From: Leucoraja erinacea
Lineage: Eukaryota
Assembly (NCBI RefSeq): GCF_028641065.1
Contig: NC_073383.1
Span: 23,870,001 to 23,934,000 of the forward strand
Length of the DNA stretch: 64,000 nt
Reading direction: 5' to 3'
Shown: positions 1 to 11,743 of the stretch, in pieces
Layout: the number at the start of each line of letters is the position of its first letter
How positions within the stretch are numbered: the first letter of the stretch is position 1
Translations under genes and position numbers: made by a program
Notes under the pieces: generated by a model
Databases searched by the model: none
What the model was told of the DNA's origin: nothing
The model's input: the letters and a program-made list of their open reading frames with translations, nothing else

Positions 1-499
1 AAGCCCGTCCCAGGACGCGTTGCGGCATACTTCAAAGCAGCGGTGTGGAATCACAGATAGACACAAGTATTTGAAGTAACATAGTAAAGAACAAAGAGAC
101 ATCAATTATCAGTTTGATCCATGTAATGAGGGTGGGAGCGGAGGGCACGTAAACCCTCATCGTAACTCCTCATAAAATACAGATCAAACTTCAAACTGGT
201 AAGTTCTCGTTTAATCTTACTATTTTACTTCGGAGTCACGTGAGTGATTCCGTGAAGATTTCAAAGCTCTGTGATTGCAAACCGTGTAACAGTTATACTA
301 CACTCACTGCCGAAGTCTTTGAGGGAGGAAGTGTGTATCGTAACCAACCAATGATTCTGTTATAGAAACCCCAATGGTATTTTACAATAGACACTGAAGA
401 AATTTAAATGCTCCCTTTGGCTAATTTGAATATTTGCAGATTGGAATCTTTCCTGCAAATGAAAAAACAGGTTTTGTCAACAGTTTATAATAAATTATT

Positions 500-2610
500 T
501 CTCTGAACGTTTTACCCCCACTATTCTGCTGGAGCCAGGATGTGGTTTATAGGTACGTCCATTCTTTTGCCGTTGACGTGGAAGCTTCTCCTGTGGGATG
601 ACAACTTTATACATGTTAGTTTTATCCCAGGAGCTTTAACCTGCTTGAGCCATTTCAAAAAGGCTTGTTACCCGACCACAAGGTTTTTTGTGACCAACCC
701 ACAAGGCTTTTCATCTCCCTCGCATAATTAGGTTGTGTCTGTAGGTTTACCTGTAAGGTAAAAAAGGGTCTTGGTACATTACCGTGTTTTCTGGCGGGTA
801 AGCCCGGATTTTATGACTGGATAAGGTATTCCTGGTCTGGTTTGACCATTCCCTGGACAAATGATAGAGATCTGGTCTGAAGCTGTGAGCATGGTGTCCA
901 GTTGAAATAGGAGTAGTGACTGGACCCTCTGTGCTGCTCAGTGTGCCTTCAACATATGTTTTTAGTGCATAGAAGGTTCAGGTTTAGGGCTCTGGCTGGT
1001 GAGTATCCCCTGAAGTATGGTTAACCATTGTGACATCCCAACATATGGGTGTACTTGGTCTAGGGCTTTAGAGTTTAATACCCTTCAAATTTACCCCCAG
1101 CCAGTAACCCATACCTGTTGTCCTGTAGCTGTTTTGAAAAGAACAGTCAGGGCAATTCTAGCTGTGTTGATGGTACTGTAGCCGAATCCTTCATCGTGAT
1201 GACGGTTCTCCAGGAATTCCAGTTTGTAGTACCTGTATCGGATGAGTAGGTTTTCCCTGTATCCTTGCAGCACTTCTGTTGATGCTGGACAAGTGTTGTA
1301 GTCCAGTGAATGTTCAAAAGGATGCTGACATGGTGTTGATTGTTCAGTATAACAATCCCAGTCCCAGAGGCTTGCGCAGAATCTGCAGCTCAGGAGCTTA
1401 TTTTCTCATGGCACAGTTGATTTGTGCCCGGCTCCGATTGTTAATAATCCTGGGTACTGGAAAAACTCCATGCAAGTTGATTGTTCAGTATAACAATCCC
1501 AGTCCCAGAGGCTTGCGCAGAATCTGCAGCTCAGGAGCTTATTTTCTCATGGCACAGTTGATTTGTGCCCGGCTCCGATTGTTAATAATCCTGGGTACTG
1601 GAAAAACTCCATGCAAGTTCCAACAATCATGTCATAGCGTAAGTTCTGAAACAGAATCCTTTTGTACTGTGCGTTGTTCTCGATTGGTGAGGCAGAAGGG
1701 AAAAAATACATAGAATTAATTTCACCAATGCAACATGAACGCATTTGTCTATCAATATTATAAATATATTGTTGAATGACAACATGACCTATAGGTCAGA
1801 AAAGTTAATATATATAGCTGACAAGCTTTCTGCTGGAACTATCTGTCCCAGAGAATTTTTTTTATATATATGAGGATTCCACTGCCCCAGGGTCTGGTTT
1901 CCCCCCGCGACATACATAGGACATCCCCGAACCTCTGGTGATATAGCATTGATGCAAATAATCGATATCAGATTCACATTCCATTTTAATTGTCATTGTC
2001 AGTGTGCAGTACAGAGACAATGAAATGCATCGTATAGCTTGATAGTTTTGTTAAACTTTATATGAAAACATCTACTTGATGTTGTCCTTAATTTTTTGTG
2101 ACCTGGTGTCTGTCACTGTATTTTGCTTACCAGGCAGGTAAGTTGTTGATAGTCCAATACCTCTATGGATATACCATTGCCAAATTGTTTTGACCAACTT
2201 GTCATATGATACCGACTTTATGCTGCCATATGGTTAATATAGGCCACCTCCATAGTGTAGTCTATTTATACCCATACATGCAAGTGCTTAAACTCATGAA
2301 TTTCACCCGAGCATTTTTAGATACTTAATGCCCAGTGTAAGTGGTAACCCCACCACTGTCTTTCTGATATTATTTCAGTCGGTAACTTCATGAGATGCTC
2401 AATGACAACCTATATGTTGTTCTTGATACTAACATCTGAATCATGTAGACAGAAAATGGTACCATTTTCCCCCAATTACTCTGTTATTTGTCGAGTAGTT
2501 GGTAGTTTGACCATTAATTTGTTCCTTGTTTGTGCCAATTCAACTATGTTGTCTCTTGGCAATATTATAGTTACGTGGACTGAATTAATATGAAAGCCAA
2601 GATAGTCCAA
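500..2610 (-). pseudogene. Decayed DIRS RT C-terminus/RNase H/methyltransferase/tyrosine recombinase
   Basis: Fragments such as DYLGF (~2595-2610), HHDEGFGYSTINTAR (ORF 1091-1273) and WDVTMV correspond to DIRS-C at 61239-63394. Many stops and frameshifts. Confidence 0.75.
1335..1619. repeat. Exact tandem duplication, 141-bp unit x2
   Basis: gttgattgttcagtataac...ccatgcaa occurs at 1335 and 1476. It is visible as a 47-aa repeat in ORF 1279-1713. Confidence 0.95.
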
Positions 2611-2658
2611 GAAAGCGCTCTATATGCTGGTAGGAACCAGACCCACCTACCTCCATGG

Positions 2659-3573
2659 TTATTGGCGGGGTTGTGATTTTTTCTTTCTGAGTGTTCTTCC
2701 CTGTCGATGTGCTGGCGATGTTGGGGGGAGGCGCATTTTCCAGGGGGTCCGCTGCAGGCCCTGACCTAAAAAAGGTCTCTGGGGATAGTGCGGCCCACAG
2801 CTTTGACCAGTCGGATGTTCGGGCCGCCGACTGGTAGATACAGTGGTGTGCTGCCGCCTGGGTGGAATGAAGAGCTTTGGTATGTTCACTGCCGGTGGTG
2901 CCCTCATGAGGCTAAAGGTCTTGGACGCCTCCTCCATCTCTTTGAGCTGTTTGTTCAAGTCCTTCCCAAATAAGAATGAGTCGGTCTCTACTGATGGAGT
3001 TTTGCATAAACCTGCAAATTTAGGATTGAGGGCCGGCTTGATGTTGTCTCTTCTTAGGTTATCCAACTCATATTGTGTCGTGCACATGAGTGCCAGGACA
3101 TCCTGTTGGTGAGTGGTCATCTCTACGGTCTCGACTCCCCGCGCATAGGCTTTTATAGCTGCCGTGAGGAGGCGAAGTATGCGCTGTAGTGTGACCTCCT
3201 CTCTCCGAATCTGTCCGTGCAGAGGTTTGTTGGAGAGATGATTTATGCTGGCAGCCATCCTTGGCTCCAGCGGTGCTCCAACCCGTGGGGTAGCGACAAA
3301 GCGGCTTACAACCCCTAGCAGCTCTTCCTGCACACCCTGCTCTCTTTCGGCTCCTTCCGCCTGCCCCATACTCAGACCAGCCTGCCCCTGGTCACCAATG
3401 CTAACCTCCCATTCCTGGTCCGAGGTCGCAAAGGGAGGTGCCGGACTCAGCACCATGGAGGGGGCGCCTGTCCTGTCTGTCCGAGAGCGCTGCTGCTCTC
3501 GGTAGACCATCCCCTCCAATAGCTGCTGGATGCAGCTTAGGCGGCTGTCTCTCCCCCGCTTTGGGGTGGACAT
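2659..3573 (-). CDS. DIRS ORF1 (gag-like) protein, 304 aa
   Basis: Open ORF in the ORF1 position of DIRS-A. Motif LDNLRRDNIKPALNPKFAGLCK...FLFGKDLNKQLKEMEE is typical of animal DIRS gag. Confidence 0.75.
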   Translation of the reverse strand: MSTPKRGRDSRLSCIQQLLEGMVYREQQRSRTDRTGAPSMVLSPAPPFATSDQEWEVSIGDQGQAGLSMGQAEGAEREQGVQEELLGVVSRFVATPRVGAPLEPRMAASINHLSNKPLHGQIRREEVTLQRILRLLTAAIKAYARGVETVEMTTHQQDVLALMCTTQYELDNLRRDNIKPALNPKFAGLCKTPSVETDSFLFGKDLNKQLKEMEEASKTFSLMRAPPAVNIPKLFIPPRRQHTTVSTSRRPEHPTGQSCGPHYPQRPFLGQGLQRTPWKMRLPPTSPAHRQGRTLRKKKSQPRQ

Positions 3574-4631
3574 TTCCCCCCTCCGACGAGTCGGAGACGA
3601 CCGGCCGTTTGGCTTCCTAGCCCCTTTCCCAGTCCGCCGTGTAGGCTCTGGCGAGACTGGCTTGGCTCGGTCTCAGGGATAGCGAAAAACGCTCTGCGAG
3701 CGACGCTGCCGCCGGTTGCTGCCCCGCTGGTATAGTTGGAGCGGGGCAGTACCTCTTTGCAAGTTTTGCGTTGTGTTCCTGAACTATGTAATAAAACCAC
3801 AACTGCAAACTTACCTTTGGAATGCCCAAGAGCTGCTCCTGTAGTTCAGGCGGCTGTCTCTCCTCCTCCTGGGTGGAGAGACTTCCCAGTCCGATGTTGG
3901 CTCCACCGCCGGGTTTTCCACACATCCAGCCCGTTGCTCAGGCGCTAGCGGGCTGGCTAGGTCCCGGTGTCGGGTTTGTGGATCGCCCCTAAGCGGTCCT
4001 ACCACCTGTCGCTGCCCAAAGACGCCGTTTCGTCGGGCAGGTGCAGCATTTCCCTCCCAGCCCGCAGCTGATGCTGACGGGCTTGGTACAGAGTCGGGAG
4101 CGGGGCGCTGATTAGCGGTCCTCCCCTCTCTCTCTCTCTCCTCGGGCTGCTGCACTCGGGCTGCAGCGCACTCCACGCCAGCACTGCTCCGTGGGTCCCC
4201 TTAACGGCTCCAGCAAAAGTCGGAAGCCTCCTCCCGCCCGCCTGCCTGCCTCACCTGGACAGTCCTTGAGGGCGAGGGAGGACTGAGGGGAACCCCAGCG
4301 CAGTGCTAGCCCCGCGCCGATGTCGCCCCTGAGGACAGCTTACCGGCACCCGCACCATGGTTCGCCGGTGAGTCCTAGTTGCGTCTTCCTCCCCTCCCGA
4401 CAACGGAAAAACTCCTCCCGGAGTCCAAGGGGCCGCTTGCATGCCCTGCAGGGAACAAGCAGACGCAAAGGCTGTAAAGTAAAGGTAAGTACTTACCTAA
4501 ACTTTAGCTTTTCTCGTTTCTGCGGGAGCCCTGTCTCCCGCGCTGCCGCTTGGCCTGCTGAAACGTAATGCCGCAACGCGTCCTGGGACGGGCTTCTTCA
4601 CGGAATCACTCACGTGACTCCGAAGTAAAAT

Positions 4632-5335
4632 CAGTTACAAACAGCCACTCAAAAAAGTGACAGTCCAGACCATCTCTAGATGGCTAAAACAGGTCCTAAT
4701 AAAGGCTGGAGTAGACACTAGGATTTTTAAATCTCACTCCACCAGGGCTGCAGCTACATCGGCAGCTATGAAGTTGGATGTTCCTATGGACCAAATCCTC
4801 AAGACAGCAGGATGGTCAACGGAGAAAACTTTCCAACGATTTTATAACAAACCAGTCATTGAACCTGGAACATTTGCAGAAACAATTTTAAGTTCTGTAA
4901 TATAATTTTACCCCATAAATAGGGGCTATAATTTGGTGTTAATATATTTATCATTGGGTTTTCAATATCGTATTGATGTCTAATGATGTTAACACTATTC
5001 TCCCCATAATCAAGGCAGATGTGATGCATGGACTCGTTTCCACGGCATGAAATCAGAGCTTTAAAATCTTCACGTAGTCACTCACGTGACTCCGAAGTAA
5101 AATAGTAAGATTAAACGAGAACTTACCAGTTTGAAGTTTGATCGTTATTTTATGAGGAGTAACGTTGAGGGATTACGTGCCCTCCGCTCCCACCCTTGAT
5201 CATATACTCAACTGGTATATCTTCTCTAATCTTACTATGTTTAGTCATTACAGTTATCTGTGATTTCACACCGCTGCTTTGAAGAATGACACGCATGCGT
5301 CCTGGCGGGGTTCTTCACGTAATCCCTTAACGTTT
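4632..5335 (+). mobile_element. 3' part of a second DIRS (DIRS-B): YR C-terminus, ICR, truncated right ITR
   Basis: ORF 4657-4905 has YR catalytic motifs HSTRAAATS, AGWS and TFQRFYNKP. ICR at ~5068-5178 (gtaaaatagtaagattaaacgagaac). Partial ITR at ~5270-5335. Confidence 0.9.
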
Positions 5336-5531
5336 GGAGGGCAGTGGAGGCTGGTGCTCTGGATGCTTTCAAGAATGAGCTAGACCCTCTTAAAGATAGC
5401 AGAGTCAAGCGATATGGGGAGAAGGCAGGAATGGGGTACTGATTGTGGATGATCAGCCATGATCACATTGAATGGCGGTGCTGCCTCGAGGGGCCGAATG
5501 GTCTATTCCTGCACCTATTGTCTATTGTCTA
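5336..5531 (+). mobile_element. CR1-clade LINE 3' end with (ctattgt)n tail
   Basis: Reverse complement of the 3' end of the CR1 copy at 42471-42680. Confidence 0.85.
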
Positions 5532-5739
5532 TATGCCTTTGCAGATTGTTTGTGTCCTCACAACTTACTTCCCAATATACCTTTGTCAGTAAATTTGGAT
5601 TAAATACACATAGCCCCTTCATCTACGTCATTAATATAAACTATAAACAGCTAAGTCCCTGGCAATGACGCCATGGCATTCCAATATATACAGCTTGCCA
5701 ACCTAAAATTAATTACCTTTCCCTCCCTCTCCATAGATG

Positions 5740-6115
5740 CTGGAATGGAAGGTTTTACTTACAAGGAGAGAATGGATAGGCTTGGTCTTTTCTCACTGGA
5801 ATGTAGAAAGCTGAGGGGTGACCTTATGGAAGTATATAAAATAATGTAAGACATAGAAAGGGGAAATAATCTTTGGTGGGGGATTCTGAAACAGTAGGGT
5901 ATAGGTTTAAGGTGAGAGGGAAGAAATTTAACGGAGATCAGAGGGGCGATTTTTATCGAGGGTGGTGGTTATATGGTCAGAGAAAGTGGTAGCGGTAGAA
6001 TGACAACATTTAAATGACAACATTTAAAAGGCATTGGATGTACTTGGATAGGAAAGGAACAGAAAGATGTGGGCCCAATGCAGGCGAATGGGACTAGTAT
6101 AGATAGACATCGCAG
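5740..6115 (+). mobile_element. Decayed CR1 LINE ORF2 C-terminal fragment
   Basis: Similar to the GLYSLE..RLRGDLIEVYK..GHRFKV region of other CR1 copies in the window. Confidence 0.7.
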
Positions 6116-6496
6116 TCAGATATAAATATTTGCTTCAGAAATCAACATCTCAAGCCATCAGAAAAAAAATATTTTACGACATCAGTGTTTTTCTTAAAAA
6201 TAACAGGCCAACACATCCTTCTATCGGAAGACAAACACTTCTCACTCCCCTAATTGAGGCTTATGGAAATTTTTCCTTTTGGCTGTCCAGTCATTATTTA
6301 ATGTAGTGTAAACATCCAGGCAAGTCGAGATTATTCCATCACAATCCAGACCTATACATTGTGGATAGTGGGCAGGCTTTGGGAGTCAGGAGATGAATCA
6401 CTCGCCACAGGACATCAGTCTCTGACCCACCCGTGTATTGAAGTGGCTGGTTCAACTGAGATCCCAGTCATTTGTTTCCTGCAAAATATTTATATA

Positions 6497-6772
6497 AGCG
6501 GTAGAGTTGCTGCCAGAGACCCGGATTCGATCCCGACTACGGGTACTGTCTGCGCAGAGTTTGTACATTCTCCCGTGATCGCATGGGTTTTCTCCGAGAT
6601 CTTGGGTTTCCTCCCACACTCCTAAGCCATACAGGTTTGTAGGTTAATTGGCTTGGTATAAGTACAAATTCTCCCTAGTGTGTGTAAGATTATGTTAATG
6701 AGCGGGGATCGCAGGTAGGTGCAGACTCGCTGGGCCGAAGGACCTGTTTCCACAATGTATCTCTAAAATAAA
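6497..6772 (+). mobile_element. tRNA-derived V-SINE (HE1-like)
   Basis: Head ggtagagttgctgcc...ggattcgatcc, V-domain gagtttgtacattctcccgtg...ggtttcctcccacac, and LINE-shared tail gggccgaaggacctgtttccac. Confidence 0.85.
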
Positions 6773-6809
6773 ACAGTTGAATAAATAAGGTAGAATCAGT
6801 GATCAGACC

Positions 6810-7086
6810 ACGACTTGTGTTCAGATGGCATTCGCTCCTCCCCATGGACCTCCTCTCCTGATCCAGAGACATCTCGAGGCCTTCTCCGCTTCCTCTGTGG
6901 TGTTCTTGATGGCCCTTCTCCTTGCCACTCCGTTGATGCCCAGTGCACTCAAGGCTTTGTAGAGCGATTGCCCTGCGAGACCTCTGCAGCCAACCTCGAT
7001 GGGCATACACCTTGCCTTGCAGCTTTGCTTGTGGCAGTCTATGACCAGTTCTTCATATTTGGCCATCTTCCTCTCATGGGCCTCTG
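6810..7086 (-). mobile_element. HERO-like (REL-endonuclease) non-LTR retrotransposon 3' fragment
   Basis: EAHERKMAKYEELV...PIEVGCRG...EAEKASRCLWIRR (ORF 6821-7066) resembles the C-terminus of REL-type HERO ORFs. Confidence 0.7.
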
Positions 7087-7089
7087 GTG

Positions 7090-7557
7090 GGGTTCAGGGG
7101 AAGGGGGGAGAAGAAAGTTGTGGGGGAGAAAGGGGAAGGGATAACAACTTCCCCCCTTTCTCCTCCACATCCTCCCTTTCTTTCCCCCTCATCCCCCTGT
7201 GCCCCACCTGGACTCTCATCTATTTCTCTCCCTCCCCACCTACACACCTTCCTCCAGCTTCACAATTTGCAAATTATTAATCCCTTTGTCTCACACCTTC
7301 TGCTTTTTCTTAATCTCTGGTCTTTGTCCAATCATCTGCCTACCAACCCCCCACCCCCTCGCCTGTGTTCACCTATTACCTACCACACGTTCCCCCCCAC
7401 CCCCCCCCCCCCACGCCATCAGTCTAAAGAAGGGTCCCAATCTGACCCGAAACATCATCTATCTCTGTTCTCCAGGGATGCTGCCTGACTAGCTGAGTTA
7501 TTCCTGCACTTTGTGTCTTTTTTTGTGAACCAGCATCTGCAGTTCCTTCTTTATACA
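7090..7557 (+). mobile_element. Penelope-like element terminal/UTR fragment with degenerate hammerhead core
   Basis: C/T-rich tract followed by ctaaagaagggtc...gacccgaaacatc and gatgctgcctgac..gctgagtta...cagcatctgcagttc. Confidence 0.7.
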
Positions 7558-9944
7558 ACTCATACTCAAGATTTCCTTTGCCAGTTTAATTTGCCGAATC
7601 TATGGCCTTTGTTATTTCTTGATTGATGTTACGTCTAATGTCATAGTCTACTTAACATGTCCTATAGATTACTCCCACCAATAATTTATTCAATTTTTGT
7701 TTTTTATCTGCCCCCCAGACTGATCCTCTGCTCCCCCAGGCCGATTTTTGCTTTTGGAACCTGCCCTTGAATAGTCCTCTGAAGCAGAACATCTGCGGCT
7801 CCCAATAATCTGCCTCAAGTGTTAGTTTTGCTTGCTGCTTTAGCTGTAATTGAAGTTGATTTGTCCCAGATGTATCACTGTGCCCTACGATTTTTAAAGT
7901 GACTGTAGCATCAGTGTTTCAGCTGGTAGCTATAAGTATGAAATTGGGGGAAAGAGTGCATCTTCATCATCATCATCTTCTTGTTATTCTGTTATTGGCT
8001 AGCAACACTTCCAGGTTTTTGAAAGGAGCAACAGACAAATTAATAAGCTGTGATTCAAGGGAAGTGAGTCAGTGTACAAGGTGAATGCTTACACCTTCTG
8101 TGACTTGAAACTCGGAGTGTGGATTGAAAATAAGGTGCAAGGTGAGAAAGGATTAGACACTTTTGATACAATTATTTTAAATTATTTCACCCCTGCTACT
8201 GGCTTCAACTCCTGGCTAGCCAAAAATCAATGGAATTTTTGCATATGTATCGGATTTACTGTCGTTAGGGAATGTTTGGGATTTGGAGAATTTAGCAGCA
8301 ATCTTTAGCACTTGGTCGTATTCATTGAACTAGGTCATTTGCCTGAGCTCACTGAACCTCCTGCAAGGCTGGATCCCAGTTTCCAAGGATCAATTCCTGG
8401 CAGCGCAGTCTTCGGTACCTTTTAACTGTATCTGTAGGACCTCTTTGTTCCCTATGGATATACCTTTTGTGTGTCCTTGCACCTTTCCACCAATACCACT
8501 AATAAAACACCTGTGAAATCTTAGAGCTTTTGATCTCTTGTTCTGTCATCATGAAATATCTTCCATATTATTCTTTAAGAGGTACAGACTCTAAGCAGAT
8601 GGGATAGCCATGTGACATTGGCCTTCTATCAAGTGATCAATTAATTGACAGTATATTTAGTGGTGACTGGAACCCAAATTCATTAAGTGAGCATGGAGCT
8701 TAATTTGGAGTGGTGTCTACATTCCAATCAATGACATATGATTTTATCACATATTGGGATCCTCATCTGCAGATTCTGAGGTGCAACCAAATCTAGTTCC
8801 TGGAATCTGTCTCCATTCCTTTTCACTTCTTTGTTCTTTATCTAGTCCAACATTGGCCAGACTAAGAGAGATGGGAGGCTATTGTTCTTCCACAGAAGAA
8901 TCGCACGAGACTTGTGTTAGCAATCTAAAGCAAGTTGAGCCAAAAGTGGAGACTGGTTACAGATTGAAATATTGAGATAGAGATGCACAAGTGAGGAGTA
9001 CAAAATGTAGCAAGTTGAAAATTAACCAGGGAAGGGATAAATTGAATAATTACAGGCCAGTTAGTTTAACGATAATGGTGGGCAAATTATAGTAATGTTT
9101 TGAGGGACGATGTACACCTTCAGTTAGAAAGACATAAATTAGTCAGAAACAGACAAATTGGATTTATTAAGGAATGTTTGTGTTGGACCAATTTGACAGA
9201 ATTATTTGAGATGGTATTAACAGGGGTTGTTAAGAGCATTATGTTTGTTGCAGTTTACAATAAGGCTTGCCATCATGTAGATAATGAGGTGTTTTGGTTT
9301 TATAAATCTTGAATACATATCCATACAAGGCATGAAGAAAAAATAAAGTTGGAGAGATGCAGTGAGAAAACAGAAGTCAGCATGGGTGGGCAGGAAAATA
9401 ATTATAAAATGAGCAGGTGCTGCAAGCAACAAAAGCATGAAGATGAAAAGTATGTTGTTAATAAATAAGGATATATCCTATAGTAGGCAAAAAAGGATCA
9501 AATATAAAAGATTTCCACAGAAAATATCAAGTTTCTGACTGCAAGCAGTACCACACAGTGGCCAATATCTGTAATTACATGTAAGCACAAAGTTTCTTTA
9601 AATTATTGCTGAAGATGATGACAGGTGTAACCGTGAATACACCAATTATATTTCCACTTGCAGAGAAATCAGTTATTGAAGGTAATTGTTTAAATTATCA
9701 TTGTTGGGAGTTTGACAGAAGGACTATTTGTTGGGGGTTTGACAGAAGGGCTTCAAATAGAATTTGTGCTTCATATAACAAATAAAGGACAGCCAAAGCA
9801 AAGCCAAAGCTTTTCCTTCATGTGAGCAATGGATAGCAGCTATTCCATGAGGTTTTAACATTTCTGCACAGCTACGGTAGTGGTGGTTATTAAGGGATCC
9901 CAGGGAGAGTGGCCATTGAATCCAAAACTGAATCAATAACAGGA

Positions 9945-10075
9945 AGCAAAGGGAACTGCTGATACTGAAATCTTGAACAAAACACGAAGTGCTGGAGGAA
10001 GTCAGTGATTCAGGCGGCATATGGGCAGGAAATGGACAGGCGATATTTTGGGTTCGGACCAGACTGATTGGAGTA
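9945..10075 (-). mobile_element. Degenerate Penelope-derived short repeat
   Basis: ggaactgctgatactg...gtgctggagg...ttttgggttcggacc resembles 51285-51413. Confidence 0.55.
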
Positions 10076-11413
10076 GGAGAGAGAAAGCTGGAAAAAAAGA
10101 TGTACGGGTGGGGAAAACGGTAATGATTGATCGGTGTTTTTGTGACAAGAAAGCTGTTGGTGATTTGCATGGATACAGGTGCTCCAGCCCACTGACTCTA
10201 TGCCAATCATGAAGCACCCATTTACACTAATCGTATACTAATCCTAAATTCCCAACATCTCCCCACTTCCTCCCTCCAGATTTTACCAGCCAAGTACAGA
10301 ATATATGCAACTTACAGTGGCCAATTAACCTACCAAATTGTAAATCTTTGGAAAGTGGGAGAAAATCAAAGCATCCTGGATGATTTGAGGAGGTGCAACA
10401 TGGCAAGTGAATAGATAATAAATAGCAGGCTATTAAGTATTCTGGAAGAAGGGTATCTAAAGTGCATATCCACAGGTATTTAAAGATAACTGGACACCAT
10501 TTCTTTATTAGCCATGTCATAGAATGTTGGAGCTGGGAGAAATTGTTAGAACTGTATACACCACGAAAGAAGAGACTGCGTAAGTACTGGATAAATGCCA
10601 GGTCACCACTTTACATGAAAGATGTGATTGCACTGGGCAGCATACTGAAGAGATTTACCAGGATGTTACAAGCACTGTAAAATTGTGCATAAGGAGAAGG
10701 GTTGCATAATCTAAGGGTAGAACAGAGGTGATGGAGAAATACTTTGGATGTGTAAAATTAAGAAGATCCTCGATAATAGGAATGTTTCCCTTAGCAGATG
10801 GGTTAGCACCCAGATAAAATATATTTAACATAATTGGTAGAATAAATAAAAGGAAAATGAGAAAAAACAAAAAATAGGGGCAAGAGAAGATATTTGAGCA
10901 TACTCCATTGTTGACCCCTAATTTCAATACTGTCCTCCTACATTGTCAACAAAATATGTAGTTGATTTTTCAAACATTTTCTCTCTTTCTCAAATCCATA
11001 TTAACTTTGATTATCCCATCAATAGTTCCTAAACGTTATGTAATCACATCCTTTATAATACATGTCAGTATTTTCCTCACTACTATTGATTGGCTAACCA
11101 GTTATCATTAAAGACTGTTTGATAATGTATAGATTACTGAAAGATGACAACTGATGTTCCACACAACACTATTTGCAAAACTGCCTCTTTTAGTACACTG
11201 GGATACAGGCTTGAGAATTAATCCGCTTTTAGTGTCATTAATTTCTGAGGCTCTTTTGTTAATATTAATTTACTTTATTTCCTCATTTTCCTTTGACTCT
11301 TGGTTCCCTTGCATTACTGGGACGTTATCCGTTTCTTCTAATGTGATGACAGATCCAAAGTTTTTGTTTAATTGCTCTGCCATTTCTTTAAGTTTCTGAT
11401 GGTAAGGTAATTA

Positions 11414-11533
11414 CATTTGACTTTAATAATCTTTTTATATACTTGTAGAACTTTATACAGTCCACGTGCATTCATTGAATATTTACACATACTCATTTCT
11501 ACAAGTATATAAAAAGAGTATTAAAGTCAAATG
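11414..11533. repeat. 37-bp inverted repeat (1 mismatch) with 46-bp spacer
   Basis: catttgactttaataatctttttatatacttgtagaa (11414-11450) versus ttctacaagtatataaaaagagtattaaagtcaaatg (11497-11533). Confidence 0.9.
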
Positions 11534-11743
11534 CAGGTACTTTAGAATCAGAAGTTTAATGAAAAGCACCCATTTTTCATCGCTTAATCAAAATCTTAGT
11601 CATTTTTTGCTGAATTCTAAAATGATCTCAATCCTCATGCCTGCTACATTTAGGGCTACTACCAATAGTACATTGCCTAAAAGAGTGGTGGAGACAGAAA
11701 CAATCAATTCATCTTAAATGTCCTAAAAGATTGAACACCTGCA

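Larger units (their letters stand above)
1..4631 (-). mobile_element. DIRS-type tyrosine-recombinase retrotransposon (DIRS-A), internally deleted/decayed; 3' end runs off the window
   Basis: 1-28 is the exact reverse complement of 4568-4595 (ITR). The internal complementary region 222-258 matches the 5' terminus ending at 4631 exactly. Gag ORF at 2659-3573, with decayed RT-end/RNaseH/MT/YR remnants between ~500 and 2610. Confidence 0.9.
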
